64,000 nt of DNA from Cladosporium halotolerans (GCF_011745625.1 NW_027191469.1:1-64000); one strand, 5' to 3'; positions 10,315 through 22,595 are shown, counted from the stretch's first letter. A program made the numbers and translations. The notes: generated from the letters alone by a model not told the origin.

Positions 10315-11958
10315 ATGGCTTCCATGCCGCAGAGGCAGCCATCCAACCGCCGGGCCTCCCCAGAGCACACCTCTGCTGAGCAACCATCCCCAACAACCTC
10401 ACAATCACCCGTCCTTACTCGCTCTGCGAACTCAGAAGACTCTCAAGTCGTGATACTTGACCATCAACCCACCGAAACGACATCTGCACCAGCAAAGTCC
10501 GGCCACCGAACACCCGACGAGCCAGATTCGCAGGTTCAAAAATGCTGGATCTGCTTCTCGGACGCTAATGAAGACACACCCGAAACCTCGCCCTGGCGCG
10601 ACCCGTGCCCATGCGCCCTTGTCGCACACGAAGAGTGTCTGCTGGACTGGATCGCGGATACGGAAGCGCCCAAGAACAGCCGGAACCGGTCGTTCGGCGC
10701 GCCGCAGATCACCTGCCCGCAATGCAAGAGCGAGATCAAACTGGCCAGGCCGAAGAACTACATTGTGGAGGTGACAAGGGGGCTCGAGAGACTGGGCGGA
10801 AGACTGGTCTGGCCAACTTCGCTTACCCTGTTGTCAGGGTTGATATTGCAGGGAAACTCAGCAGTGGGCGTGCATACTCTATACCGCATCTTCGGGCGCG
10901 ACGATGCGTACAGGATTCTGCAGCCCAGAATGCGGCATTTGATCGCCCCGCATCTTGATCTCGGCCTGGGGGCTCGAACGCTCGCCGCCACGGTACTCTA
11001 CAACACGGCTGAAGCCCTGCGACATTGGCGGGTGACTTTCGGACTGCAACTGATCACGCCTCTCCTCATCCTGTCTCGAACGACGCTCGCAGACTCCGTA
11101 CTCCCAGCCCTGCCCGTCCTCTTCCTGGCCACCCAGGCGCACTCCGAGAACGAAGTGCTCGACTTCACCGCTTGGCCGCCTTCGGCTAGCATGGCCTTCG
11201 CCGTGCTCCCCTACGCTCGCTCCCTGTACAACTTCTACTTCGAGCGCGTCTGGGCCAAGAAAGAACAAGAGTGGATCCGCGAGGTGCAACCCCGGAACGG
11301 GCAAGACAACGGTGCCGACGGCGAGCAGCAGCCGGAGGACGGGGCAGCGGCGGCGCAGGCAGAGGAAGGCGACAACATGTTCGAGGTGCGGATTGACGGC
11401 GGAATCTGGGAAGACTGGGAGGGCGGCCGGCCGGCGCAAGAGCAGGAGCAGGAGCAGGAGCAGGAGCAAGTAGAAGCACAGCAGCCAAACGACGCTCCTG
11501 CCCAAGAGCAGAACCAAGATCAAGAGGCGTTGGCAGCCGCCGCTCCGCCCCCTGATGTCGCAGAGAACCGCGCAGCTCGACCCGCTAATCCCGCGGCGCA
11601 ACCTGTCGCGCAACAGCCGCAAAATAACGAACGCCGCCTGTCCTTCAGCACGACCGCCGTAGCCGAGACCGTGCTGGGCGCGCTCGCCTTCCCGACTATC
11701 GCAGAGCTCTCAGGCGAACTGCTGCGGCTCGCGCTGCCGACATCCTGGACGATCGCAAAGCCCACCGGCAACTTCTTGCGACCACAGGCGAGCGGGCTCT
11801 TGCAAGAGAAGTGGGGACGCAGTTTGGTAGGCGGGTGTCTTTTTGTGGTGGTGAAGGACGCGCTGATGCTGTACGTGCGGTGGCGGTCGGCGAAGATGCA
11901 CCGGGAGAGGAGGGTGTTGGATTATGACCGGAAGAAGGGGAAGGTGTTGCAGGCGTAG
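10315..11958 (+). CDS. RING-CH (RINGv) membrane-associated E3 ubiquitin ligase, MARCH5-like
   Basis: KCWICF...WRDPCPCALVAHEECLLDWI...CPQCK (C4HC3) followed by hydrophobic segments; ATG at 10315; single exon. Confidence 0.85.
   Translation: MASMPQRQPSNRRASPEHTSAEQPSPTTSQSPVLTRSANSEDSQVVILDHQPTETTSAPAKSGHRTPDEPDSQVQKCWICFSDANEDTPETSPWRDPCPCALVAHEECLLDWIADTEAPKNSRNRSFGAPQITCPQCKSEIKLARPKNYIVEVTRGLERLGGRLVWPTSLTLLSGLILQGNSAVGVHTLYRIFGRDDAYRILQPRMRHLIAPHLDLGLGARTLAATVLYNTAEALRHWRVTFGLQLITPLLILSRTTLADSVLPALPVLFLATQAHSENEVLDFTAWPPSASMAFAVLPYARSLYNFYFERVWAKKEQEWIREVQPRNGQDNGADGEQQPEDGAAAAQAEEGDNMFEVRIDGGIWEDWEGGRPAQEQEQEQEQEQVEAQQPNDAPAQEQNQDQEALAAAAPPPDVAENRAARPANPAAQPVAQQPQNNERRLSFSTTAVAETVLGALAFPTIAELSGELLRLALPTSWTIAKPTGNFLRPQASGLLQEKWGRSLVGGCLFVVVKDALMLYVRWRSAKMHRERRVLDYDRKKGKVLQA
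11440..11468 (+). repeat. Coding hexanucleotide repeat (CAGGAG)n encoding a QE repeat
   Basis: Tandem gagcaggagcaggagcag... translating as QEQEQEQEQEQ. Confidence 0.8.
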
Positions 11959-12661
11959 GATCGGTTGATGAAATGGGTGATGCTGAAATGCAAAAATGCC
12001 CTTTGTTTGACTTGCTGCGAGGGAAGCGTGGTGTTTGGGGGCATGGCAGGGCGTTGTGGACGTTTTTCGGCCGTCAGTGTTTTATTATTACTCTTCTCTT
12101 GATCACAACATGATATGGCTTCGACATGATCTGATATCAGTGATTTCAGCATGGCCCGGCACCGTTAATTTAAGGGTCCGGCAGTCGGTACGAGTCCCTG
12201 CTACGAAGCCTCTCTTATTGGAACTTCCACTTATAAAATCTGTATTGTCAACCATGCGAGGAGTCTTTTCCAGAAGACATCTCGAACTTGTCGCCACATT
12301 ATTGACGCACACCCCTCCATCACTTCTTCAGTGTGGCCGCACCAGACGTGTACTGCGCGGAAACACGCTACTCACTACTTACACCTAAATAATCAGACGC
12401 TCAACGCGGTTGGTGACGCATATATTAATGCTGAGCATTTCTGGAGAATCGAACGCTCATCAGACTCGAACGCAGCGCTGGGCTCGCGCCAAGCCCCGTC
12501 CGGCCCCGCGCGCCCACTGCACCACGCGTGCGCAGAGCGAGCAGCCGCCGCCCGCCCTCCGTCACTCCCGCGCCTGCAAAGGATTTTGCTCGACCACCAC
12601 CCACAGACGACGCATGCGGTAAGTGAGGCCAGGCACATCGCAGCCACGCCCCCGATCGACC

Positions 12662-15082
12662 ATGCCGCCTCGCCGCATCGCTCCAGGACGCCGGCCGGCC
12701 CTGCCAGGCGGCTCCCGCAAGAAACCCCAGGCCGCGCAGGCCAAGGCCAAGTGCTGCGACGAGCCCGACATCCAGGACCGCGACGGCGCCAAAATCTGCA
12801 CAAATTGCTTCACCCAGATCTCCGAGAGCAACATCGTCGCCGATGTCACCTTTGAGGAGGCCGCCAACGGCGCCGCCACCGTCCAGGGCGGCTTCATCGG
12901 CGAGAACTCGCGCCATGCCAACACCATCAACACCACCGCTTTCCGCCGCATGGGCGGTGGCGAACGCAACAACATCGAGGAGATCCGTCGCCGAGGCCAG
13001 CAGGAGCTCCAGACCATCTACCCGCGTGTCCCCATCACCGACCTGCAGATCGTTCAGCAGGCAATGGCCATCTGGACCATGGCCGCCAACAACAATTTCA
13101 CCGCCGGCCGTACCTTGTCCGAGGTCGTCGGCGCCTGCCTGTACGCCGCCTGCCGCCGGAGCGCCGACAACGAAGTTCTGCTCATCGACATCGCTGAGGT
13201 GATCAAGATAAACGTCTTCCGCCTGGGCGAGGTCTACAAGACGATGTGCAAGGAGCTGTACATCGGCAAGGGCGACCTTCACTTCCAGCACATGATGGAC
13301 ATTGAAAACCTGATTCTGAAATATTGCCGGCGGCTCGAATTCGGCGACGCCACAAACCAGGTGGCCGAAGATGCGCTCAAAATCGTACGTCGTATGAAGC
13401 GCGACTGGATCGCAACCGGTCGCCACCCTTCTGGACTTTGCGGCGCATGCATAATCCTGGCTGCGCGGATGAACAACTTCAAACGAACCGTACGCGAGGT
13501 CGTTTACGTCTCTAAGATTGCGGACGTTACCATCGCCAAGCGTATCGAGGAGTTCCGACGCACCAAAAGCGCAGCCCTCACCGTCTCGCAATTCCGCAAG
13601 TACGCCGAGAGACTGAGACACCAGCACGACCCGCCTTCGATCTACGACAGCCAAGTGAAAGTCAAGAAGTTGGAGGAGAAGAAGCGCAAGCGTCAGGCTG
13701 CTGCCAACGAGCGTCTGGGATCGGAGGGCCCGATTGTCGTGGACGATCAAATCGAACCTGATTCTGCGAATGGAACCCCGGCACCACCGACGACTGAGGA
13801 CGCCCAATCTATGCAAGAAGAGTCAGAAGAATCACAGCAACGGAAACGAGCAAAAACTTCAGCGCCAGCGGATGGTCAAGAGGCTCCGCGCTTTGACGCC
13901 GATGGCTTCGCCATACCAGCGCGCCCAGTCCCGGTGGATCCTGCGCTAAAGGAGATCTCGCAGGAGCAGAACGGAGAGCAAGCGACCCCGAAGAAACGGG
14001 GTCGCCCCAAAAAGGTGGCACCAGCGCCTGTGGAAATCACCGAGGAAGAGCTGATGATCGAAAGCGAGCTGCAGCAGCAGATCGAAGAGGCTCTCGACGA
14101 TGGCGAAGTAAACGAGCAGCGCGACAAGCTTTTGAAAGAGCACGAGGAGGCCAGGTCAAAAGCAAGCGCCGTCGCCCAGCGGGAGCTAGACGAGAAGAAA
14201 ATCCAAGCTCGTCGCGTCGCCAGCGGCATCACCTGGCACAATTCGACTGAGCACAACCAGCTGGAACTTGTGACTGCCGAGCAACTGGAAGAAGAATTCA
14301 AAGACGACCCTGAGGTGGAGAATTGTGTCCTTTCCGGTCAGGCTGCCATCGAGAAAGAAAAGATCTGGCTATTCCACAACGAGGACTGGCTGCGCGAGCA
14401 GTACGAAAAAGAGCTTCTGAAAAAGATCGCCGCCGCGAAAGGCGCCAACAAGCCCAAAAGCGGCCGCAAGCGCAAGACTAAGATGGGCGAGCCCCTCCTC
14501 ACCACCGCTGGTACTCCCGCCGAGACTCCTGCGGACGCAACAGCCGCTATGCTGGCCAGGCACGCTGGTCCTGGCTTCTCCAAGTTCGTCGACTACGAAG
14601 CGCTTGGCAAAGTGTACGGCAACGACTCTCGAGCCGGCAGTCGCGCTGGGTCTGTGGCGCCGAGTCAAGCTGGGAGTCCGTCGCGCGAAGCAACACCATC
14701 ACTCGGAGCTGCAGCTTCGCCTCCTGGGGACGGACTGCCGTCTCCAGAAGCAACTCAGCAGCAGCAACCAGCAGCTGCGGCGGAGAAACCAGCTGCCGCT
14801 GCCAAGATGCCTTCGCCACCGCCCACCCAGCAACCCGACGCAACCTTAGGCGCAGAGCGGGAAGACGAAACGGTGGCTGACGACGATGAAGAGGATGAAG
14901 AGCCAGAGGAAGACGAGGAGGACGAAGAAGAAGCTGCCCGTCCACGCTATCCCGGCGGCTACGACGACGAGGACGACGACGGCTACGGCGACCGCGAATA
15001 CGGTGGAGACGACTACGGAGACGATGGATACGACGAGGCGATCAATCCGATGGGCGGGGCGTCCATTGGCGGCGCTTGGTAG
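12662..15082 (+). CDS. BRF1: RNA polymerase III transcription factor IIIB subunit Brf1
   Basis: Zn ribbon CC...CTNCF...ESNIVADVTF, cyclin folds (ACLYAACR; MKRDWIATGRHPSGLCGACIILAARMNNFKRT), HDPPS, and the Brf1 block DDPEVENC...KEKIW...NEDWLR. Confidence 0.95.
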   Translation: MPPRRIAPGRRPALPGGSRKKPQAAQAKAKCCDEPDIQDRDGAKICTNCFTQISESNIVADVTFEEAANGAATVQGGFIGENSRHANTINTTAFRRMGGGERNNIEEIRRRGQQELQTIYPRVPITDLQIVQQAMAIWTMAANNNFTAGRTLSEVVGACLYAACRRSADNEVLLIDIAEVIKINVFRLGEVYKTMCKELYIGKGDLHFQHMMDIENLILKYCRRLEFGDATNQVAEDALKIVRRMKRDWIATGRHPSGLCGACIILAARMNNFKRTVREVVYVSKIADVTIAKRIEEFRRTKSAALTVSQFRKYAERLRHQHDPPSIYDSQVKVKKLEEKKRKRQAAANERLGSEGPIVVDDQIEPDSANGTPAPPTTEDAQSMQEESEESQQRKRAKTSAPADGQEAPRFDADGFAIPARPVPVDPALKEISQEQNGEQATPKKRGRPKKVAPAPVEITEEELMIESELQQQIEEALDDGEVNEQRDKLLKEHEEARSKASAVAQRELDEKKIQARRVASGITWHNSTEHNQLELVTAEQLEEEFKDDPEVENCVLSGQAAIEKEKIWLFHNEDWLREQYEKELLKKIAAAKGANKPKSGRKRKTKMGEPLLTTAGTPAETPADATAAMLARHAGPGFSKFVDYEALGKVYGNDSRAGSRAGSVAPSQAGSPSREATPSLGAAASPPGDGLPSPEATQQQQPAAAAEKPAAAAKMPSPPPTQQPDATLGAEREDETVADDDEEDEEPEEDEEDEEEAARPRYPGGYDDEDDDGYGDREYGGDDYGDDGYDEAINPMGGASIGGAW

Positions 15083-15725
15083 AGGATGGAGGGCGCAAGT
15101 GTTTGATTTTTCATAATGTTCTTTTGATACCAGGCGACGTGGCGAAAAGCCGCCGCCAACCACTATACTCCTCCGCAAAGGATATGGCTCGATGATGCCA
15201 GCAATGGATGGGAGAGCCAGCCTGGGGCGTACTGTACCAGGCACGCATGAACATACCAGCACTATACAGCGCGCTATAGAGAAACGCCTTCATCAACTCT
15301 TCTGGTCACTGCACTACCAACCATCGCTCCCATCACCGCGTCTCACCCAGCATTATCACCGCCCTTAACAAAGCCCCTCCCCACCCGCTTAACGCAAGGT
15401 CTCAGCTGCACGCACGGCCCACCCCCAGCCGCGCCGGGTCGCCGGTGCGCCTCGACGTTCTCCGCACGTCATCGTCGACGCAACGCAGAGCGCAGCGGCA
15501 CACGCGAACTCGATCGCCCGTCCGAGCTCAAGCTTGCGATTGCGCGCGCGCTGCCCTCCCCCAGCCGCCGCCAGTCCAGCCAGCCTGTCTGACCCTGCCC
15601 TGCCCACTTCAACCTCACCTCTCCCTCTCTCGTCCTCCCGCTCCATCTCACACACACTCTCCAATCGCAGTCGCATTCTATTCGACAGCCCATCGTCGCA
15701 GGAAACAGACCCCTCACACGCAACA

Positions 15726-16445
15726 ATGTCGACCCGCAGCACCCGCAAGCGCAAGCAGGACGAGCCCGAAGAGGAGCTCGTCGAGCTGCCGGAGGAGGGC
15801 AGCGATGAGGAGGAAGAGGAAGAGTAAGTTTCCGCGCCTTTTTCCCCCTCAATGCGCTTGACGCGCGACCAATGCGCCCGGCGCGACGAAGCAGCGACAG
15901 ATAGCTAACTCGGGCGCGCAACAGGTACGTCTCCGAGGGCGACGAGGCCGGCGCCAGCGACGACGATGACGACGAAGACGCCGAGGAAGAGGTAGAAGAG
16001 GAAGACGGAGAGGAGGAGGCGCCTGCGGAGGCTGGTGAGTTCAATCCCTTCCCGTCCATCGTTGCGCTTGTGCAGCGCGGGCGCTTCGAGACGACACGAA
16101 GTCGAGCTGACGCGCCGATCAAACAGCTCCGCCCAAAGCCAAGAAGCGCAAGACCGAGCAGCCGGAGGAAGTCGGAGACGAAGAAGAGGACGTCGAAGGC
16201 GAGGCTGAAGACGAGGTCGAGGGCAAAGAACTGGAAGACGACGACGAGGAAGCCGGGGACGAGGAGGATGAAGATGTGAGTTTGTCTCTGGTGATTCGCA
16301 ATGCCCATTCACGCATCGCTAATGGTTACAACAACAGGCGGACGAGACAGCCAAGAGCGGCGGCCCTGCCGCAGCGGCCAAGTCGGCCAAGGGCAAAGAT
16401 GTGCCCAAGGAGGCCAGCTTGGACGAGGTTGAGGAGGCAGAGTAA
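15726..16445 (+). CDS. Small, highly acidic protein with NLS-like motifs; exons 15726-15823, 15925-16034, 16127-16275, 16338-16445
   Basis: Three canonical introns with GCTAAC/GCTGAC/GCTAAT branch points give a continuous frame MSTRSTRKRKQDEPEEEL...PPKAKKRKTE...EVEEAE*. Confidence 0.85.
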
Positions 16446-18201
16446 AGGCTTTTCTCTCCAGGCCTCTGAATTGAGACGACGCTTCGGCTTGGAATGATAA
16501 TCTTCTGCGGTGAACCAGCTGGTGGCCACGCTGTATCGATAGACCACGTCTCGGTTATGATGGAAACACAAAATGATCTTCTGAACTCTGCCTTCTATTC
16601 AAAGCTGTCGATATGACGTTGCACCCTTGCTCATATACTTGTGCTGAGCTCGCAGTGAAGCTTTGGAGCTTCGCGTACCAATTATCCCAGGGAGGTCCAT
16701 TCTCCATGTCGTCGAGGCGGCTGGCCAGTTCTAGCCTTCGTGAATTCTTAAGACAAACGGCCATCTTCGCTAGGCCGTAGCTGTTTATGGAAGGCCAAAC
16801 GGACTTCTGAGACTGGTGAGAAAAGCTCGAGGACTTATTGCTCCGTAGCCACTGGAGCTGCCACAGCTCCCAGGACTTCCTGTTTGTGCTGACGTGAATG
16901 CATTGAAGCTCGGCACAGTGCTCGCAAGGCCGACTTGTACGGCATTGAGGAGGTCAATTCCAATCAGTCCTGGTCAGTTCGTAGAGTCCCGCTCTGGTGT
17001 AGTGCGCCGCCGAAGACGTTTTCTTGATGGGCTGATCTCCAAGGAACATGAAGGGAGAAGACTCGTCTGCATTTCCTATTGATGCGGAAATTTTCGCTCT
17101 CAATATCTTTTTGACGCTGGCGTCGAGCGTGAAGCAACGAGGGGCTGGCGCCTGCTGCTTCGCCTTACCTAATCTTTGTAATGAATCTCATGCAGTGAAG
17201 CAGTTGCAGTCTGATGTTCGGCTTCCGGTGAGAGAATATATTGCCATTGGCTTTTTGCCGGGAGGTGGTCCCCAATTCCCGGCTGTGCCTTCACAAGCCA
17301 GATGTTGGACATGTCCTTGTGGGCCGGCAGTTGAGTGTGCCCTGGTGACTGGTTCCGTCGGGTTTTTGAGATATGCGGCCCTGTCGTGACAAAAGACACC
17401 TTTATCAGATAACGCGGCTGCTATGTCCATCACAGCAGCGTGGCAGGAGATGAGGCCCAGCTAGACTGTATGCCGCGGCACGGGCAGGCATGATCGCTAC
17501 GTTGCATGCTGTGACTCTGACGGGGAGATTAGATGGCACACACGAGTTGACGCGACTTGATCTAGACACAATGATAAAGGACGTCAGCTGAAGCTGGACC
17601 GTGAGCGTCGGCGTCGGTATGGAACTTAAGTGAGGTTACGGGCGACGTTGGGCAACGCTTTGAAACTCCCTCTTAGCTTGGCGCGCATCTCATGCGCGAT
17701 TGCCGTTATGGGATGGTACTAAACACCATTTGGGCACCCTGAGAAGTCCACAATCGTGGTAGACCTCTTCTCACTTCTTCCGATTCTGATTACAAAGATG
17801 GAGTAAGTGAGTTTGCAACTGTTCCTCGGCACCTCAATAATGTTCTCTGCAGTGAACTTCAAGCCATAGCAAAGACTAACAATGCTCACTATGTGTAGAT
17901 ATTCAAGGCATACAATCACTGAAACAAACTGATCACCTCCGACTACCTCAGGTTCCAAGATGCTCAATCATCAACGCCCTTCCTGCCTTACTATCGTTGC
18001 GGTCTTTTTTGAGCGAAGGGTATCTCAAACAACGATTTCCTTAGCCTGCTTGAGATGGCTCGTGTCCGGTGGAGTCACAAAGCAGGCAGGGTGTCCCTCA
18101 TAATTCTACTGTAAGTCCATACTATGCTTATGTACAGTTTTCCCACGTAAGCAAAACACTGCCGGAAGTCGCAATCCCGATATAAACAGCAACGTGCGTC
18201 C

Positions 18202-19924
18202 TCACAGCTTCGCCCGCTCACCCGCCTTCTCCTTCGGACCCGCAAGCGGATCGTAAACATTCAAGCCAAGCGTATCACTCGGCACACCCGTCGTGTGCAT
18301 GCTCAAACCCCTCGTGTCCACGAACTCCGGCCCAAGCTGGTCGACGCTGCTGCAGCCGATGAGGCGCATGTTCATCTCCATCTCGTCCTTCAGCAGCTGC
18401 ATCGCGCGGTCGACACCCGGCAAGCCGTAGGCAGACATGGCGTACAAGAACGGACGGCCGATGCCGACGCCCTTCGCGCCCAGGCAAAGCGCCTTGATGA
18501 TGTCCGTGGCACGACGGACGCCGCCGTCGATGAAAATCTCGATCTGGTCCTGCAATCCGAGGCGGCGGAGCTCTGGCATGACCTCAGCGAGGACCTCGAT
18601 GCCAGAGCGGGCGAAGTCGAGCTGTCGGCCTCCGTGGTTGGAGAGAACGACACCCTGGCATCCGACGTTGATGGCGCGGATGACGTCCTCGACGCGCTGG
18701 ACGCCCTTGAGGATGATGGGCATCTTGGTCACGCTCTTGAACCATGGGATGTCCTTCCAGCTCAAGGCAGGGTCGATGAAGGACGAAATGGCGCGGGCAG
18801 CGCCCTGGGAACGGTCCACATTGTCGCCACCGGTGTCCTGGACGTTGGAGCCCACGTCGTCGAACTTCGAGCGCATATCCTTCTCGCGGCGGCCGAGTTG
18901 GGGCGCATCGACCGTGATGAAGAGACCCTTGCAGCCGCGCTTCTCGGCGTGCTGTATGATGCGCTTTGTGATGTCACGGTTCTTGTTCACGTAGAGCTGC
19001 AGCCATTGGACCTGGTCGCCCTCGGCGGCGTCGACAATCTCGTCAAAGGAGCAGGACGCCAGGGTGGGAATCATCTGCACCACATTGTGTTTCTTCGCGC
19101 CACGGGTGAGGACGACTTCGCCTTCGGGGTTGCCGAGCTTGCCCAGCGCGGTTGCGGTCACGTAGAAGGGGATGGACACCTTGCTGCCAAGCATGGTCGT
19201 AGAAGTGTCGATGTTTTCCACGTCCTCAAGAATTCGCGGTCGGAACCAGATCTTGTGGAAAGCAGAGTGGTTCTCGCGAAGAGTCTGAGCGAAAGGGAAG
19301 TGTCAGTCGGCATGTTCCCAGCATCTCAAGTATCAGGGCATAGACAAGGCGGAACTCACAATTTCATCGTCCGCACCGCTCGAGTAATAAGCCCAGGCGG
19401 TCTTCTTCATTGTCCTCTTCGCCACGGCCTCGAAGTCCATCAGGTTGTAGCATTGCTCCAAGATAGGCATGCGCGCAATCCGCGCCTGGCGCTCCTCCTC
19501 GTCCGGGTCGGCCGCCTTCTCTTCCTTTTCTACAGTGCCCATGTCTACTTCGCCCAGGTGCTTGCTCTTGTCAAGGTACTTGTCCAGCGTGTCAGGCGGG
19601 TGAATCGGTTCGTACTCTTCGGTGGCATCTTTTCCGGCGTACTTGAGGATGATCTTGGGGCCGCCGGGGTGTTCGGGGAGAAACTCGGTCACGTCGTAGG
19701 CTGGAAGGTGTCAAACGTTAGTAAATGGCTTTTGTGAACGTCCGTCTCGATTTGCAATCTTCAGGGCTGTTGTGGTGTCGCGCCCATTGATAAGACGGTA
19801 TGATACCAGACGTTCACTCACCTCTTCCGTGGATGATGACCCAGCAGTCGTCTTTGGAGCTGTGCTTCGCGACATCCTGGCCCGTGAGCTTGTTCTTTTG
19901 CGTGTCGTTGCTGTTGTGGTTCAT
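18202..19924 (-). CDS. CYB2: Flavocytochrome b2 / L-lactate dehydrogenase (cytochrome b5 + FMN-dependent alpha-hydroxy acid dehydrogenase); exons 19924-19822, 19700-19360, 19284-18202
   Basis: Cytochrome b5 motif [53 protein letters not shown]-terminus AKL*. Confidence 0.95.
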
Positions 19925-20939
19925 TGTGGCGATTATGGAGCGATCCCGCTCGGTCTGTTATATCCGGCAAGTAGTGCTCGACGCCTGTATAGCTCACTTT
20001 ACAGTGTCCCTCGCAAACAAGAAAGAAGTGAAGAACAAGAGACCTTGCCAGCCCGCCACCTGGAGAGAACAGAAGGAAGAGACACAGCTTAAGAAATGTC
20101 GGCCTCTCCAAGCCAAAAGGTACTAATGGGTAGACGCATCCGCATAGCGATCGACCCGTCCACTCCGCGACCACTGGTCCACCGACCCTTGCACCGTCTG
20201 TCAGAAGCCGCCCAGCGGTTGCAGATACCCGCAAGCTCGCCCCTCACTGCCCCGAGAAGCGCCATCTCCACGTTCTCGGCAGCTCGCTGGCCACTCAGCG
20301 GCGCGCAGATTATTCCCGCTGTCCGCTCGAGCGGAGCCCGAAGTCGGGTATTGCGGGAAGGTCAAGTGCGAGTTACCGAGGGCGAGGTGACCGATGGGAT
20401 GAAATGCAATGGACGGCACCGACGGCCTGCGTGGGGGGAAACCTGGTGATGCACTCTGCACGAGTGCCGGAAGAGTTTGGTGAGATTCCTATGTTATCCT
20501 TGATATATGGAGATGGGGGCCATTTGAAATGCTGGTCTGTTTTTCTTCAATGTTCGACTACTTGACGAATGGTGTGTGCTGCACAGGCTCTCAGCACCCT
20601 CATGGCCTTATCGCTGTACTATTTGACTAGGCCAGACCTCAAGAGAGGATCGTCTGGTCATAAACAATTTGCCAGGCATGTAATATGCTCTGCACGTGAT
20701 AAAATGCGTACGTGAGGTTGATTGAACGTATTATGCTCGTTATCATCGTAAGCTGAACCATCGCCGTTACTCCAGCGCCTCGAAACGGTGAATCTGAGGG
20801 AACTCGCTTTTCTGTTTTCTGTCTTCCAACCTCATCCCCAAATCAAAAGCATGCATTGGTATCAAGTGCAGCGAAAAATCACACGCGTCTCATTCGTATC
20901 ATCGTCATTTCCACTTTCTTCCCAGAAGGACTTCTCGTC

Positions 20940-21961
20940 TTAAGAAGCCTTGGAGCAACCAGAGCAGGCGCACTTGCCGGGCTCACAAGGGCACTTGCCA
21001 TCCACGCCACCACAGTTGCACTTCGTCTTCTTCTGGCCGTCGACCTCAACGAACTCCATCTCGGCCTCCTCCGCCGTGCGGGTCGTCGACTTCTCATCCG
21101 GGTTCTTCGGGCAGCTGCTGCAGCCGCACTCGCCGGGCTTGCAAGCGCAGATGCCGCCCTGGGCGCCGCAGTTGCACGCAGTGCGGTTTGTGCCCTCGAC
21201 GTTGTGAAGGTTCAAGTCGCCGGCTCCGGACTGCTTGCCCGTCTTCAAGCCCGCAAGGTGGCGGGCCTCGTTGTGCACGTCCAAGACCTGCTTCTGGCCC
21301 TGCGCGTAGAAAGCGCGGACACGCTGGCCGGTAGGGGTCTCGGCCGCCTTCTCGAAGTAGGAGGACAGGCCGCGCCAGCCCTGGTTAGCGCGCGCGGAGA
21401 TGCCGTATTGCTGGTCGACCGCCTTGGCCTTCTCGGAGGCCTTGTACTTGCTGTCGAACTGCTGCAGGGCGGTGGTGAAGCGGTTGGAGACGCCGTGCTG
21501 CTGGTCAAGGGCAATCGCGCGCTCAATCGCCTTGTCGCTCAACACATAGCCGTGGGCCAGGTACTCGGCGAAGATGCGGCTTCGCGGCTTGTCCTCCTGC
21601 GGGATGTCCTCGCCGGCCTCGTCGGCGTGTCCGGCGGTCTTGCCACTTGCGAGCTCGTCCAGCGACGCGGCGGAGCTGACGTGCACTTGGTTTGCGCCAA
21701 GCTGGGTGTTGTCCAGAAGGAGGGCGGTTTTGGCAGCGGTCTCTTTCTCGAAGGTCACGGAGGCGGACTTGGTAGCGTCGGTCTCGTTTGAGTCGGGGGT
21801 CACGGAGAGGTTGGAGATCTTGCCGCTGTTGGATACGTTAGTCTAGCTTTCTCCGACATGGGTTCTGAGGAGAGGAGAGCCTACCAGAAGCTGAAGAAGT
21901 CCCTGACCTCTTTCTCGGTGGTCTGGTGGTTGATGCCCTTGACATGGACGGTGCTCGACAT
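20940..21961 (-). CDS. vip1: Vip1-like RRM protein with two C-terminal Cys-rich repeats; exons 21961-21885, 21825-20940
   Basis: MSSTVHVKGI...EVRDFFSFCGKI...ASVTFEKETAAKTALLL; QEDKPRSRIFAEYLAHGYV. This is S. pombe Vip1-type, not the yeast inositol kinase VIP1. Confidence 0.85.
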
Positions 21962-22595
21962 GATGGCGGTGATTGAGATGTGTTAGAGTTCGTGTGCGTG
22001 TGAAAAGATCTTTGTTCAGAGAACTGGAAATGGAGGAGGGCGTGCAATAGATTATCTCAGTTTCGAAGGCCAGAAGGTGGAGTTATAAACAGGCAGCGTG
22101 GTCTCTGCGTTGCCCCTCTATTGCTGCGGTGTTTGTGCGCCCGCAGGCATGCGGTCACCAGCTACGTCACTGCTGCGTGGCTTAGCTGGCCCCAAACGTG
22201 GCGTCCCTGCCGTTCTAGAACCGCCGCCGGTTTTCGATCTGCATTACTTGAGCTAAGAATCACATGTCTCGCGACATCTCGCGACATTAGCCGCTGCCTG
22301 TTCAGGCTGCAGGATAACCAGAAAAGAGGTGCGATAGCGCAGAGAGGGAGTATTGTGTTCTGGGTTGCCTTAACTTCTCCTGAGGAATTCAGCATACCTT
22401 GCCTACAAGATTAGAGCTGCGAGACTGCCAACGAACCCGCACTATATGTGATGAATATACTTTTCATTACTGCCGAAACCAATGCCATGCTATATCGTGC
22501 TCTTTTTCCATCACCGACGTTGCTTTAACTAAAAATACCAACGCCTCATGCAAATCATGTCCAATCTACTGGGTTATATATATTTCGTCTCCTTC

